NCBI GenBank assembly: GCA_017540605.1 | Contig: JAFYAS010000046.1 | Coordinates: 38,330-102,329 of the forward strand | Direction of reading: 5' to 3' | Length of the DNA: 64,000 nt | Source of the DNA: Lachnospiraceae bacterium | GTDB lineage: Bacteria > Bacillota > Clostridia > Lachnospirales > Lachnospiraceae | Part shown: one piece after another, positions 35,126 to 45,194 of the stretch | How positions within the stretch are numbered: the stretch's first letter is position 1 | How the letters are laid out: each line of letters opens with the position of its first letter | Position numbers and translations under genes: made by a program | The notes under the pieces: generated by a model | What the model saw: only the letters and a program-made list of their open reading frames with translations | Database searches by the model: none | What the model was told of the DNA's origin: nothing

Positions 35126-36142
35126 TTATTCATTATATCCGCCTGGATTCATGCTCTGCCATTTCCATGAATCAGCACACATATCCTCGATACCGTACTT
35201 GGCCTCCCAGCCAAGCTCTTTTTTTGCAAGAGAAGCATCCGCATAGCAGGTTGCTATATCACCGGGACGGCGAGGCTTTATCTGATAAGGAACCTCATGA
35301 CCGCAGGCCTTTGAGAACGCCTTGATCACATCAAGGACGCTATATCCGTTACCTGTTCCGAGATTGTATATCTTCACTCCCGGATTCTCCTTGATCTTAT
35401 CTATAGCCTTCACATGACCTATGGCAAGATCCACCACATGTATGTAATCGCGAACTCCGGTTCCGTCAGGGGTATCATAATCATTTCCAAATACACCGAC
35501 CTCGGGAAGCTTACCTATGGCTACCTGAGCCACATAGGGAAGGAGGTTGTTTGGAATACCCTTTGGATCCTCTCCTATCTTACCACTCTTATGAGCTCCG
35601 ATGGGATTGAAATATCTAAGCAATATCACATTCCATTCATTGTCCGCAGTATGAAGATCAGTAAGTATCTGCTCTAGCATACTCTTTGTCCAACCGTAGG
35701 GATTGGTGGGTGTACCCTTGGGACATTCCTCTGTAATGGGCACAAAGGCAGGATCGCCATAGACCGTAGCCGATGAAGAGAAAATGATATTCTTGCAGCC
35801 GTGACTCCTCATAGCCTCAACAAGTGTAAGAGTTCCCTGAATATTGTTCTTATAATACTCAAGAGGCTTTGCAACAGACTCTCCAACCGCCTTAAGACCT
35901 GCAAAATGGATCACACAATCAATCTTCTCCTTTGAAAAGATCTTCTCCAAAGCATCTGCATCAAGCATGTCATTCTCATAGAAGGTCACCTTCTTTCCGG
36001 TGATCTCTTCTATTCTGTCTATAGCCTTCTTACTTGAATTGTAAAGGTTATCAAGGATCACAACCTCATAACCGGCCTCTAAAAGCTCTACCGATGTATG
36101 ACTACCTATGTAGCCCGCACCTCCCGTAACAAGTATTCGCAT
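35126..36142 (-). CDS. galE: UDP-glucose 4-epimerase
   Basis: MRILVTGGAGYIGSH is the Rossmann motif, and the catalytic YGWTK (YxxxK) is present. The protein is 338 aa. Confidence 0.93.
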   Translation of the reverse strand: MRILVTGGAGYIGSHTSVELLEAGYEVVILDNLYNSSKKAIDRIEEITGKKVTFYENDMLDADALEKIFSKEKIDCVIHFAGLKAVGESVAKPLEYYKNNIQGTLTLVEAMRSHGCKNIIFSSSATVYGDPAFVPITEECPKGTPTNPYGWTKSMLEQILTDLHTADNEWNVILLRYFNPIGAHKSGKIGEDPKGIPNNLLPYVAQVAIGKLPEVGVFGNDYDTPDGTGVRDYIHVVDLAIGHVKAIDKIKENPGVKIYNLGTGNGYSVLDVIKAFSKACGHEVPYQIKPRRPGDIATCYADASLAKKELGWEAKYGIEDMCADSWKWQSMNPGGYNE

Positions 36143-36388
36143 ATTATTACCTCCAGGATTCTATAAATAATCGAAATTTCTAAAGGCTGTAGTAAACAGC
36201 CACATATTTACAATATACCATAACTTTTCTTGTTTATCCACAAGAAAATCCCCCGATACTCTCCACATTATATGAAAAGTATCAGAGGATTTATGTTCAT
36301 TATGAATCACTATATTTAGAATGTTCAGTAACTAAATACTGCATCAAAGCTATATATTTTTCATCATATTCGGTTAAGACCTAGAAAA

Positions 36389-39300
36389 CTACTTTACTGT
36401 AACCTTTACAGCCTTTTTCACTCCATTTACAGCAATGGCATATACGGTACATGTTCCTTTACCTACTGCCTTGATCTTGCCATTTGCATCTACAGTTGCT
36501 ACTGCCTTGTTGCTTGATGCGTAGCGTAGCTCTGCTGCATAGCCCTTGGAAAGCTGTGCTTTCTTCTTTGCGGCAAGCGCTATCTTTGCACCTACTTTTG
36601 TTGTCTTTTCCTTCTTCAGAGAGACTGTAGTCTTTGCAGCTGTTACAGCCGAAGCATTGGTGAACTTCTTATCAAGTGCACCTGCTACGTATGCTGTCAT
36701 ACTTGTGGCCACCACTACCTTCTTGCCGTCTACAAGGCGATATGCCTTTACTATGACCTTTGATGCCTTCTTGCGATTAAGTACCTTTCCTGCGATCCTC
36801 TTGTAGGTGTATTTTACTAACTTGTTGCCCTTCACTGTCTTTACAAGCTTTGCGGTTCCGTCACAATAGCCTGTATAGATAAGGTACCCGTCAACATTGT
36901 TTATCTTTGTAGTTGTAGCTGTGATCGCGTTGCCCTTTGCTATAGCCATTACCATAGGTACCTGCTTTATAGCAAGCTTTCCTGAAACTGTTTCGATCTC
37001 ATAGGTATCGGTCACATCCTTGTCACCGCTCTTTACAGTTACTACAGGTGTAATGGTATATTTCTTTGTATCTGTCTTCAAGGTAACTGTTGCCTTATCG
37101 CCGGTTTGAAGTCCCTTGATAGTATACTTTGAAGATGCCTGTGATACGCTATCACCAAAGGCTATGGTCTGATCCTTGGCTGTTACTGTGAGCTTGGTCT
37201 TTTCGGTGGGAGCAGGTTCTACGATAGGTTTAGGCTCGGGCTCAGGCTTCACATCGTCTTTCTTTACATAGGTATAGATGTAGGTTGTGTCAACCTTTAT
37301 CTCAGTGTCAGCCTTGGGAACCACAGCCCAGCTTCCTTCCTTGTAACCATCTAAAGGCTTGGTTCCTACTGCGGGGATCTTGTCAGCCGAAAGCTTAATA
37401 GTATCGCCCTCAAAGCCCTCAAGCTTTACAACCTTGTCCTTGCTATCTCCTTCATCCCATGAACCATTTACCACCTTGAAGGTAACTGTCTTTGAAATAT
37501 CAGCAAGTATCTTTGAAGTAACGCATTCCGCATCACTATCAACGTGAGTTTCATCTCCTACAGCCTTGTACCAAACATAATAGGTTCCTGCTTTGGTGGC
37601 CGTAGGGATGGATGTATTCCACTTTTTGTTTTCTTCTTCTGACCGGCCATCAAATGCCGGTGCCATTACCGCATCTTCACCGAGAGCATAATATATCGTT
37701 CCCCCGGTTACCGATCCTTCTGTTACAAGCTCCTGCGCCGAGCCATTGTAGGTCAAAGCCTTTGCTGCCGGTGCTTTTGTTACTTCCGCAGGTTCTTTCT
37801 CGCTGATTGTAAGAGTACCGTTTACATAGTTGATGCTGTAGTTTTCTCCTGCATCTGCACCGGAGGGAACAATATCATAGATTCCCGCCACGGTATTGTT
37901 TGGTCCGGCCGCTACACCGTTTTCCTGATAAGCCAGCATCGGAGGAGTTATTATCGTTTCCGAACCAACGAGTCCGCTAACGCTGTAATGCGTACCCCAA
38001 ATAGGTTTGGCCAAATCAGGTACTTCACCACCCACAATGATGTTCTGATCCTTTGCTGTGATGGTTAGTGTCTTCGGATTGACATTCACGGCAACGTCCT
38101 TTGTCGCCTGTGCGTAATCAATTTCATCCGGACCGTCCCCGGTAGTTGCTGCAGCAGTGACAGTAACTATGGCGGTACCTACCTTCTTGATTTTCAACAC
38201 ACCGGAAGAAGAATCCACTTCTATAACATCACCGCCCTCTTTTACCGCATAACTAATCTCGCCGGTTCCGTCCGTCGTGGCACTCACACTCTTATTCTTA
38301 TCTCCGTAGGTTAGAGTCACGTCGGATGCAGTGATTGTCTGCGGTTTTTTGTCAAGCACCGTGACATTGATCGTCTTACTCTGTGCATTGTTGCAGTTTT
38401 TCGCATCAGTGGCAGTTGCAGTGATCGTAATGGTTGTACTACCCCCTGCGACACCGGTCACAACACCTGTATTGCTTACTGTGGCAATAGATTTATTACC
38501 ACTCGAATATCCCCATGTCACTCCCACTTCCGGACTAACGGTTGCGCCGAGAGAGACCGTTTTGTTTATTTTTACGGTTTTATCTTCTGCCGAAATGACC
38601 GGCGTCGCCTTGCCGACGGTCATTGTCACATCTACATCGGATGCAGCATTGTAGTTGTCATTGCCGGCGAAATTCGCCTTGAAGGTATGATTACCTACAT
38701 CACCAACGCTTGTGGTCGCAGTATCTGTCCATGTCCAACCATCAGGCAGTTCCACATCTGCCAATGTCTGGCTGTAGGCGGCCGCAATACCGGTGGGTGT
38801 AGCGGGATCTGCCTTGGCAATCGAATACTCTACACATGCCGTCTTTGCATCTTCGCCATCGCCTAATGTAATGCTCGCCTTATAGTCCCCCGCATCCGTG
38901 GGGGCAGTTTCCGTGGCGGGGCCATAGCTGTCCCCTGTCTTTTTCTGATACTGAACTTTAGCCGTGCCCTGAATACCGTTCACATCGGTGATAACCGCTG
39001 CCGCTTCCTTGCCGTCACCATAAGTTGTATGCTTTGGCGAAGCGATGGTCAGGGTGGCCTTGCTATCTGTGAGTGGACAGCCCTGAATACTACAGGTCGC
39101 CGTTATGGTGTCACCATTTACGGAGTAGGTGAAGTCGTGGAGGTGTGTCAGCTTCAGTTCTTCACCTTCCTTCTGGACAACATAGGGGCTATACTCACTC
39201 ACAAAAAATTGGTCACAGTTTCCGGCATTTGTGCCCATCTTTGAAGTCCATCCGCTGGTAATCACGCCCATCTCAAATGCGCCTGTGTCCACATTTATCT

Positions 39301-40288
39301 TCGTAACGCCTATGGGAGTGCTGTAGCTGAGGGTATCCACTATTTTAATAATCGGCATTTTGCCCATGCATACATTGCTGTTTACCCCACTGTCTCCTGT
39401 TCCTACCTTGTTGCCGGCAATGTAAGGACTACCGGACAGATTTAATGTGCTCGCGTTATTCATGTACACGCCGCCGGCCCTACTACTAGCTTCATTTTCT
39501 CTGATGCTTCCACCTGATAGATTGAATGTTTCTAAGATATATACTCCACCGCCTGAAACAGATTTGTTGCCGCTAATCTCACCGCCGGTCATAGTAAAAG
39601 TGCCATTACCCCAAACTCCTCCACCGGTTTTTGATGAATAATTGTCGCATATAGTACCACCGGACATCGTAAATGTCGAATTAGATGGGAAAAGTACGCC
39701 ACCACCTTCGTTTGAATTATTTCCGCATATAGTGCCACCGGACATCGTAAATGTTGTATTATTTGATAAATGTACACCGGCACCACTTTTGCCAGAGCAT
39801 CCAAAGATCGTCCCCCCGTTCATGGTGAAAGATTTTCCTTCTCTAACACAAATGCCGGCACCATTGTCTGTACTCTTACCACAAATGTAGCCTCCCTGAA
39901 AGGAATGATCCCCATTTTCATCCAATACACCGATGTCATTGTCATTGATGATGTATTTATGCTCCGTTGTGTCACAATCATACAGATTCAGATTTCCTTT
40001 CTCAACATGAATAGCCACTTTTTGACTGATGATTGAATGTCCATTCAGGCATAGGTTAGTGGTACCTTCAGGAACCCACCACCGGTTTTCCAGAGTCACA
40101 TCGGCAGTTAAATAATAGTTGCCCGCTGTGGTGGGCAGGCTGTTGGTGCTTGTCCATGCGGTGAAAGTGACACCGTCGTGGATGTGCCCTCCATCTGCCA
40201 GAACAGTCTGACTCAACCCCGGCATAAGCCCCAGCATCAGAGCAAGGCTTAAATAGATGGCCAAAAACTTTTTCATCTTCATTTTCAT
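36389..40288 (-). CDS. Large secreted surface protein with beta-helix repeats, MBG-type domains and multiple Big_2 Ig-like domains
   Basis: A signal peptide (cleavage near VLA/DGG) is followed by repeated TFTMSGGTIxxN...GGGV units. Several ...TITAKDQ..(Y)GD... MBG-like modules follow. Big_2 signatures include SSGNKSIATVSNTGVVTGVAGGSTTITI and SSNKAVATVDANGKIKAVGKGTCTVYA. I saw no LPXTG motif. Confidence 0.85.
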   Translation of the reverse strand: MKMKMKKFLAIYLSLALMLGLMPGLSQTVLADGGHIHDGVTFTAWTSTNSLPTTAGNYYLTADVTLENRWWVPEGTTNLCLNGHSIISQKVAIHVEKGNLNLYDCDTTEHKYIINDNDIGVLDENGDHSFQGGYICGKSTDNGAGICVREGKSFTMNGGTIFGCSGKSGAGVHLSNNTTFTMSGGTICGNNSNEGGGVLFPSNSTFTMSGGTICDNYSSKTGGGVWGNGTFTMTGGEISGNKSVSGGGVYILETFNLSGGSIRENEASSRAGGVYMNNASTLNLSGSPYIAGNKVGTGDSGVNSNVCMGKMPIIKIVDTLSYSTPIGVTKINVDTGAFEMGVITSGWTSKMGTNAGNCDQFFVSEYSPYVVQKEGEELKLTHLHDFTYSVNGDTITATCSIQGCPLTDSKATLTIASPKHTTYGDGKEAAAVITDVNGIQGTAKVQYQKKTGDSYGPATETAPTDAGDYKASITLGDGEDAKTACVEYSIAKADPATPTGIAAAYSQTLADVELPDGWTWTDTATTSVGDVGNHTFKANFAGNDNYNAASDVDVTMTVGKATPVISAEDKTVKINKTVSLGATVSPEVGVTWGYSSGNKSIATVSNTGVVTGVAGGSTTITITATATDAKNCNNAQSKTINVTVLDKKPQTITASDVTLTYGDKNKSVSATTDGTGEISYAVKEGGDVIEVDSSSGVLKIKKVGTAIVTVTAAATTGDGPDEIDYAQATKDVAVNVNPKTLTITAKDQNIIVGGEVPDLAKPIWGTHYSVSGLVGSETIITPPMLAYQENGVAAGPNNTVAGIYDIVPSGADAGENYSINYVNGTLTISEKEPAEVTKAPAAKALTYNGSAQELVTEGSVTGGTIYYALGEDAVMAPAFDGRSEEENKKWNTSIPTATKAGTYYVWYKAVGDETHVDSDAECVTSKILADISKTVTFKVVNGSWDEGDSKDKVVKLEGFEGDTIKLSADKIPAVGTKPLDGYKEGSWAVVPKADTEIKVDTTYIYTYVKKDDVKPEPEPKPIVEPAPTEKTKLTVTAKDQTIAFGDSVSQASSKYTIKGLQTGDKATVTLKTDTKKYTITPVVTVKSGDKDVTDTYEIETVSGKLAIKQVPMVMAIAKGNAITATTTKINNVDGYLIYTGYCDGTAKLVKTVKGNKLVKYTYKRIAGKVLNRKKASKVIVKAYRLVDGKKVVVATSMTAYVAGALDKKFTNASAVTAAKTTVSLKKEKTTKVGAKIALAAKKKAQLSKGYAAELRYASSNKAVATVDANGKIKAVGKGTCTVYAIAVNGVKKAVKVTVK
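39404..39901 (-). repeat. Degenerate tandem coding repeats (beta-helix units) in the adhesin gene
   Basis: There are four to five units of about 22-25 aa with the pattern (T)F(T/N)(M/L)(S/T)GG(T/E/S)I..N.....GGGV. Confidence 0.7.
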
Positions 40289-40456
40289 TAGCTTTTTTCT
40301 CCTTTATTTTTATATTCAGTATCTTTATCCTCTCTCAATCCTACACACATGATGCTTATATTCTTCCGACTTAACATCCTTGTTGTAGTTGACACTTATG
40401 ATCAGAATATTGCCTTTATAATGCTCAAGCTTTTGGAGATATTCTTTTCTCCTGAT

Positions 40457-40621
40457 CTAGTGCCTCGGTCCTTAAATAACTGGATCGAATGCTTGCCTGC
40501 TTATCCCGATAGAACATACCTGAAAGCCTCAGCGTAGCCCGCTACGCCTACGTTTTCAGGTATGCACTCTCGGGCAAGCATTCTGCGCATTAGTCCAGTT
40601 ATTTTTCGGCCGATGCACTAG
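40457..40621. repeat. 165-bp imperfect palindrome (long interrupted hairpin)
   Basis: The arms share the blocks CTAGTGC, AATAACTGGA, GAATGCTTGCC, ATACCTGAAA and GCGTAGC in mirror order around the centre at ~40539. The blocks are separated by non-matching internal loops. No other copy occurs in this window. Confidence 0.8.
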
Positions 40622-40708
40622 TCGTCCGCTACTTCAGAAAAACATTTTGACACCTCCCGGGTCTTCTTCAAATTTAAACTTCAACTTCATCGCATCAATC
40701 AGGAATCA

Positions 40709-42403
40709 TCATACAGCAATCAAGCATTTCTTTCCCTTAAATGCAAAGCCGTACTTGAATATCTTATCCTCAGGTATCCCCTGCGCTATAAGGTCTGCTG
40801 CATATTGCTTTTCCTCTATCTGAAGAAGAGCATTGGCAGCGGTATCCTTGAGATCATCCTCGTTGTCATATTCCTTATCATAGACCTTGAACTCTATGAT
40901 AACAGCGACATCGCTTTTATTCTTCGGCTCCAATACCACATCATATCGTCCGTAGCCGCTTTCTCTGTTGGACTTCACGATGTAGTTTTTGGCGTTGTCC
41001 ACCAATAGACCCAACACAAAGCCATGATAGAACTTCTCCGGCTCCTCTTCCTCTGATGGCTTTTTACCGGCATCGAAATAACTGAAGGTATTTAATGCCA
41101 CTTTGTTCATATACTGATTCATGCCTCGAAGATCGCGTTTAAACATAGCTTTTACAAACTCATTGAAGGATCCATCCTTTTCAAACCATCCTGTTACCAT
41201 CTTTTCAAACATCTTCTTGACTTCTAAATTGGTAAGAACCAGTCTGTAAATAGGTGTATCCTCCAATTCTTCACGGATGATCTTGATGCATTTCAAATAA
41301 CCTGTTGCAAGAAGTAAACTCCATACTGCATTTTTATTACCGGCTAATTGATTGAACACTATCTGCTCGTCAATAGCAGCTTCAACGCATCCACCGGTGA
41401 TAAGCTTTTCAAATTCCATCTTGATATTCTTATCACCATTTTGAATAAGGTGTCCCACAAGACCATTGCCACTTGTATTAGCCCAGTGAGTATCATATTT
41501 ACCTTTTTCAAGGAAATGTGTTATTGACCAGGGATTGTATATATCAGTATACTTTCCAAATACAAATCCGTCATACCACTTTTTTACATTCTTCTTATCG
41601 TCTTCAGAATATCCCAGCTCCTCCAATGCGGCAAATACTTCTTCTTCCGTAAATCCGAAATCCGTCTCATATTTATCAGAGGTAGTTGTAACCACCTCGA
41701 GATTGTTAAGATCGGAGAATATTGATTCCTTGCTCACTCTCGTGATTCCCGTCATGATCGATCTTTCCATTGATGGATTGGTCTTAAAGGTATTGTTAAA
41801 CATTGTACGGATGAATGCTGTCATATCATCCCAATAGCCCTGAATATAGGCTTCCTGCAAAGGTGTATCATATTCATCAAGGAATATAAGGACCTTTTTA
41901 CCATAGTATTTTTCAAGCATTTTTGAAAGAAGGTTCAAAGAAAGAGCAGCAGTCACATCGTCCATATCTTCACCCACATCATCAAAAAGCTTCAACTGCT
42001 TTTTGTCAAAGCCATCATAATCCAAAATATACGAAAACTCTGAAAAGAGATTGGATAAAGCAATTTTAATCGTTTTCACAGTATCAGCATATGTCTTCCC
42101 CTTAACTCCCGCAAAAGTCAGAAAAATAACAGGATACGTCCCCTGAAGCTTACGATATTTCTCTTCCTTCCATATATCAAGCCCCTCGAAAAGATCACTT
42201 CTCCCTGCATACTTATTGGAGAAGAAATAGTTACACATGCTCATGGTTATGGTCTTACCAAAACGACGTGGGCGAGTAATAAGCGTTACTGCATCTCCGT
42301 TATCCCACCATCCTTTTATAAAAGCTGTCTTATCAACATAAAAATAGTTGTTCTGAATCAAGCCTGCAAAATCCTGCGCACCTATTGATATCTGTCTGGC
42401 CAT
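40709..42403 (-). CDS. AAA-ATPase-like (PF09820-type) protein with C-terminal PD-(D/E)XK nuclease-like domain (DUF1703 architecture)
   Basis: The N-terminus is FAGLIQNNYFYVDKTAFIKGWWDNGDAVTLITRPRRFGKTITMSM, which is the characteristic predicted-ATPase motif of this family. The Walker B-like segment is LIFLDEYD. The C-terminus (GYGRYDVVLEP...VAVIIEFK) is PD-(D/E)XK-like. Confidence 0.82.
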   Translation of the reverse strand: MARQISIGAQDFAGLIQNNYFYVDKTAFIKGWWDNGDAVTLITRPRRFGKTITMSMCNYFFSNKYAGRSDLFEGLDIWKEEKYRKLQGTYPVIFLTFAGVKGKTYADTVKTIKIALSNLFSEFSYILDYDGFDKKQLKLFDDVGEDMDDVTAALSLNLLSKMLEKYYGKKVLIFLDEYDTPLQEAYIQGYWDDMTAFIRTMFNNTFKTNPSMERSIMTGITRVSKESIFSDLNNLEVVTTTSDKYETDFGFTEEEVFAALEELGYSEDDKKNVKKWYDGFVFGKYTDIYNPWSITHFLEKGKYDTHWANTSGNGLVGHLIQNGDKNIKMEFEKLITGGCVEAAIDEQIVFNQLAGNKNAVWSLLLATGYLKCIKIIREELEDTPIYRLVLTNLEVKKMFEKMVTGWFEKDGSFNEFVKAMFKRDLRGMNQYMNKVALNTFSYFDAGKKPSEEEEPEKFYHGFVLGLLVDNAKNYIVKSNRESGYGRYDVVLEPKNKSDVAVIIEFKVYDKEYDNEDDLKDTAANALLQIEEKQYAADLIAQGIPEDKIFKYGFAFKGKKCLIAV

Positions 42404-42545
42404 CTGCTCACCTCCGAGTCTATCAATCCATATATAGGTTCACTATACCATATCCTCATCATTTTATCTACCTTAAACCATAGTGTATATTCAAGTTCAA
42501 GGGAGTAAAAAAGCAACACGTATTGGACCAAGCAAAGGGTGCCTT

Positions 42546-43919
42546 CTACCCAAAATAGCTCCTGTAAGGCACTTGAAGTCCACTCTCAGGAAACAGCCTT
42601 TCAAAGTAATCTATGAAATAATCATCCGTCATACTGGCAATATAGTCTACAGTCATAGCGTCGGCAGGCTCCGAAAGGTACTCTCTCAAAGAGAAGTTGG
42701 CATTGTAATAGTTCTCCTTCACGAGAAATCCTATGTGGTGGATCAGGGCCTCACTATCACCGATGGCGTCCTTTACTGACACAAGAAGTCTTTCATTTAC
42801 AGAGCCCATTGCATGTGTTTTTTCATCATCCGAAAGCAATGAAGGTGAAATATCCTCGATAGTATCTGCAACCTTTTTTATCTCAGAAAACTCCGACACC
42901 AGCCTTTCATACATCATAGAAAACATAGGCTTTATCCTGGTGGCATATAGCTCCTCCAAGCCTTCGTTGTTGTAGATCAAGGAATAGTTTTCCTTCTTTG
43001 CCGCTGAAAATGCTTCGAAATACTCATCATCCATTTTAAGATATGGTTTACCGTAGCTGTTCTCTATGATGTTCACTATCATATTGTTGATGATCTCAGG
43101 ATTGGAGGTTCCTATATTCTCTGAGCCGGAGAATACCTTGTCGCTTTCAAGAACTCCAAGCCTTATGGCATCCTGTCTGTCCTTTCCGAGATAGGCTATG
43201 ATATCACTCACTCTGACTACACAACCCTCTAATGTACAGGGTATCTGCTTTTTATTGGCAGTAGGATCAGTGATGCAAGCCTCCACTCTCTCGTCAAGCT
43301 TATCAAAGCATTGGGCTGAATATGCCCTTTTAGAATCCAAGGATCCATCGCCCTCGTATATAGGAAGGGATGCAGGTCTATATTCCTTTAGCTCAAGCTC
43401 GCCGTTGTGACTAAGTACTCCGTCAAGAACCTGCAAGCTCATATTTCTTCTTATAAGCTTATCAAGTACTCTTACACTATGGACATTGTGATTAAAAAGC
43501 CTTCCCGTATGCTCTCTATAAAGCTCCGATAAGAACCTCTCCCCCGCATGTCCGAAGGGAGTATGCCCTATATCATGACCAAGAGCTGCTGCCTCTATGA
43601 GATCAAGATTTAATCCAAGCACACGACCAATGTTTCTCGCGGTTCTCGATACAAGCTGTACATGAAGAGCCCTACGGCTTACATCATCGTTTTTCACAAA
43701 GGAAAAAACCTGTGTCTTATCCGAATATCTGTTGTAATAGGGATTGTGTAGTATCTTTTCGATATCACGAAGGTAAGCAGGGCGCCATAGCGACGGAATG
43801 TCATGATCGGGATTGCGCCTTATGATGTCCTCATCCTTTGCCGCATATTCACTGGCAATGCCTTTACTTCTGTCATCCTCTATTCTTTTTATCAGCTCAT
43901 TTGATAGTTTGTGGTACAT
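42546..43919 (-). CDS. dGTPase-like HD-domain triphosphohydrolase
   Basis: RRALHVQLVSRTARNIG...ALGHDIGHTPFGHAGE is the hallmark of the dGTP triphosphohydrolase/SAMHD1-like family. An ATG at 43919 follows AGGAGG. The track start at 43979 would read through a terminator hairpin. Confidence 0.85.
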   Translation of the reverse strand: MYHKLSNELIKRIEDDRSKGIASEYAAKDEDIIRRNPDHDIPSLWRPAYLRDIEKILHNPYYNRYSDKTQVFSFVKNDDVSRRALHVQLVSRTARNIGRVLGLNLDLIEAAALGHDIGHTPFGHAGERFLSELYREHTGRLFNHNVHSVRVLDKLIRRNMSLQVLDGVLSHNGELELKEYRPASLPIYEGDGSLDSKRAYSAQCFDKLDERVEACITDPTANKKQIPCTLEGCVVRVSDIIAYLGKDRQDAIRLGVLESDKVFSGSENIGTSNPEIINNMIVNIIENSYGKPYLKMDDEYFEAFSAAKKENYSLIYNNEGLEELYATRIKPMFSMMYERLVSEFSEIKKVADTIEDISPSLLSDDEKTHAMGSVNERLLVSVKDAIGDSEALIHHIGFLVKENYYNANFSLREYLSEPADAMTVDYIASMTDDYFIDYFERLFPESGLQVPYRSYFG

Positions 43920-43934
43920 ATTTCCTCCTGATAG

Positions 43935-43969
43935 ATAAAACGGATATGCCACCTTATGCAGCATATCCG
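43935..43969 (-). terminator. Stem-loop with T-tract between the GT2 gene and the dGTPase-like gene
   Basis: A 9-bp stem CGGATATGC (43941-43949) / GCATATCCG (43961-43969) is followed on the minus strand by TTTTATCT. Confidence 0.55.
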
Positions 43970-43978
43970 GTATATACA

Positions 43979-45013
43979 TTAATTAAAATGGTAGATCTTC
44001 TGGGTGATGAAATATCCTATCTCGATGAGATAATCCCACATCCAGCCGTCTTTTTCCACAAGCTTCGTAGGAAAATTCTTTCTCACAAGGGCATAGTCCT
44101 CGGGATGATTGTTCTGAAATGCATCCCAAAGCTTTTCCTTCTTCTCGTGGCTTTCATCGCTTCCATCCTTTACCAAAAGCGCCGAAGGTACGGTGTACAT
44201 AATGGTTAGGTACTTTGCCATATAATCGCGAAGCGCCGGTGGCTCTATCTTATATACATCATACATATCTGACATCATATTGGTCACAAAAAGCTGCTGA
44301 TCGATCCTCTTTATCATCACCTGCTCATTTACGGATTGATCCTCGCGACCAATGAAGTAATGATACAGATCAATATTCTTATAATACATCTTCTTTACAT
44401 AGGGAAGTGGATGGTAAACATAGATATTGTCCACATAAAAGGTATGCTTCGGAAGATGGAGTCCACATTCTCTAAGTAGCTCTGTACGATAGATAACCGA
44501 ATGCATAAGGATATACTGTCCTATCTTGAACTGCTCTGCCTCACGCCAGTCAAAGACCTGCTCCTCAGGGAGTACATCCACGTAATCCATGACTACCTTT
44601 CTCTTCTCATCCGCCTTTTCATATACATAATTGCAGATGAACATATCATAATATTCTTCAAAAAGAGCCGCATCCGAAAGTGCCTCTACTACCTCTACTA
44701 TACCCTCGGCATCGAGCCAGTCATCACTGTCAAGAACCTTGTAGTAAAGACCTGTGGCATTCTTGAGTCCACACATCACGGCATCTCCGTGACCGCCGTT
44801 CTCCTTGTAAATGTATCGCACCTGATGGGGATAATCCTTCTCATAGCCCTTTCCGATCTCGGCTGTCCTATCCTTGGAGCCGTCATCCACGATCAAAACC
44901 TCGACCTTTTCACCGCCTGCAAGAGCAGATTCTATCGCATGTCCCATATAACTTTCGGAATTGTAACAGGGGATCGCAACCGTCAATATCTTCCCGCCAT
45001 TCCTATTATCCAT
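43979..45013 (-). CDS. Glycosyltransferase family 2
   Basis: The GT-A motifs VAIPCYNSESYM, LIVDDGSKDRT and LDSDDW (DxD) are present. Confidence 0.88.
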   Translation of the reverse strand: MDNRNGGKILTVAIPCYNSESYMGHAIESALAGGEKVEVLIVDDGSKDRTAEIGKGYEKDYPHQVRYIYKENGGHGDAVMCGLKNATGLYYKVLDSDDWLDAEGIVEVVEALSDAALFEEYYDMFICNYVYEKADEKRKVVMDYVDVLPEEQVFDWREAEQFKIGQYILMHSVIYRTELLRECGLHLPKHTFYVDNIYVYHPLPYVKKMYYKNIDLYHYFIGREDQSVNEQVMIKRIDQQLFVTNMMSDMYDVYKIEPPALRDYMAKYLTIMYTVPSALLVKDGSDESHEKKEKLWDAFQNNHPEDYALVRKNFPTKLVEKDGWMWDYLIEIGYFITQKIYHFN

Positions 45014-45194
45014 CTTTTACATATACCTCCGTATAAATAGTCCCACCCCGAAACACAATAATAAATTGATTATAATAGAACAGCCCACATAAATCAATTA
45101 AGAAATGCTTAAGATAAGTATAGATATTGGTGGCTTATTGTGTTATCATAATTGTTATGAGTTTACAAAATCAAAATAACGAGGAGAAAAAGCT

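Noticed and set aside
36185-36200. GGCTGTAGTAAACAGCC as another copy of the repeat family
   Set aside because: It shares only about 12 nt of similarity (GCTGTAGT.AACAG) with the element's right end. That is too short to separate from chance, so it is noted only as a weak hairpin.
39589-39890. Small ORFs on both strands inside the adhesin repeat region (for example 39589-39804 and 39642-39890)
   Set aside because: They lie entirely within the 1299-aa CDS, and they arise from the repetitive GGxI-type coding repeats.
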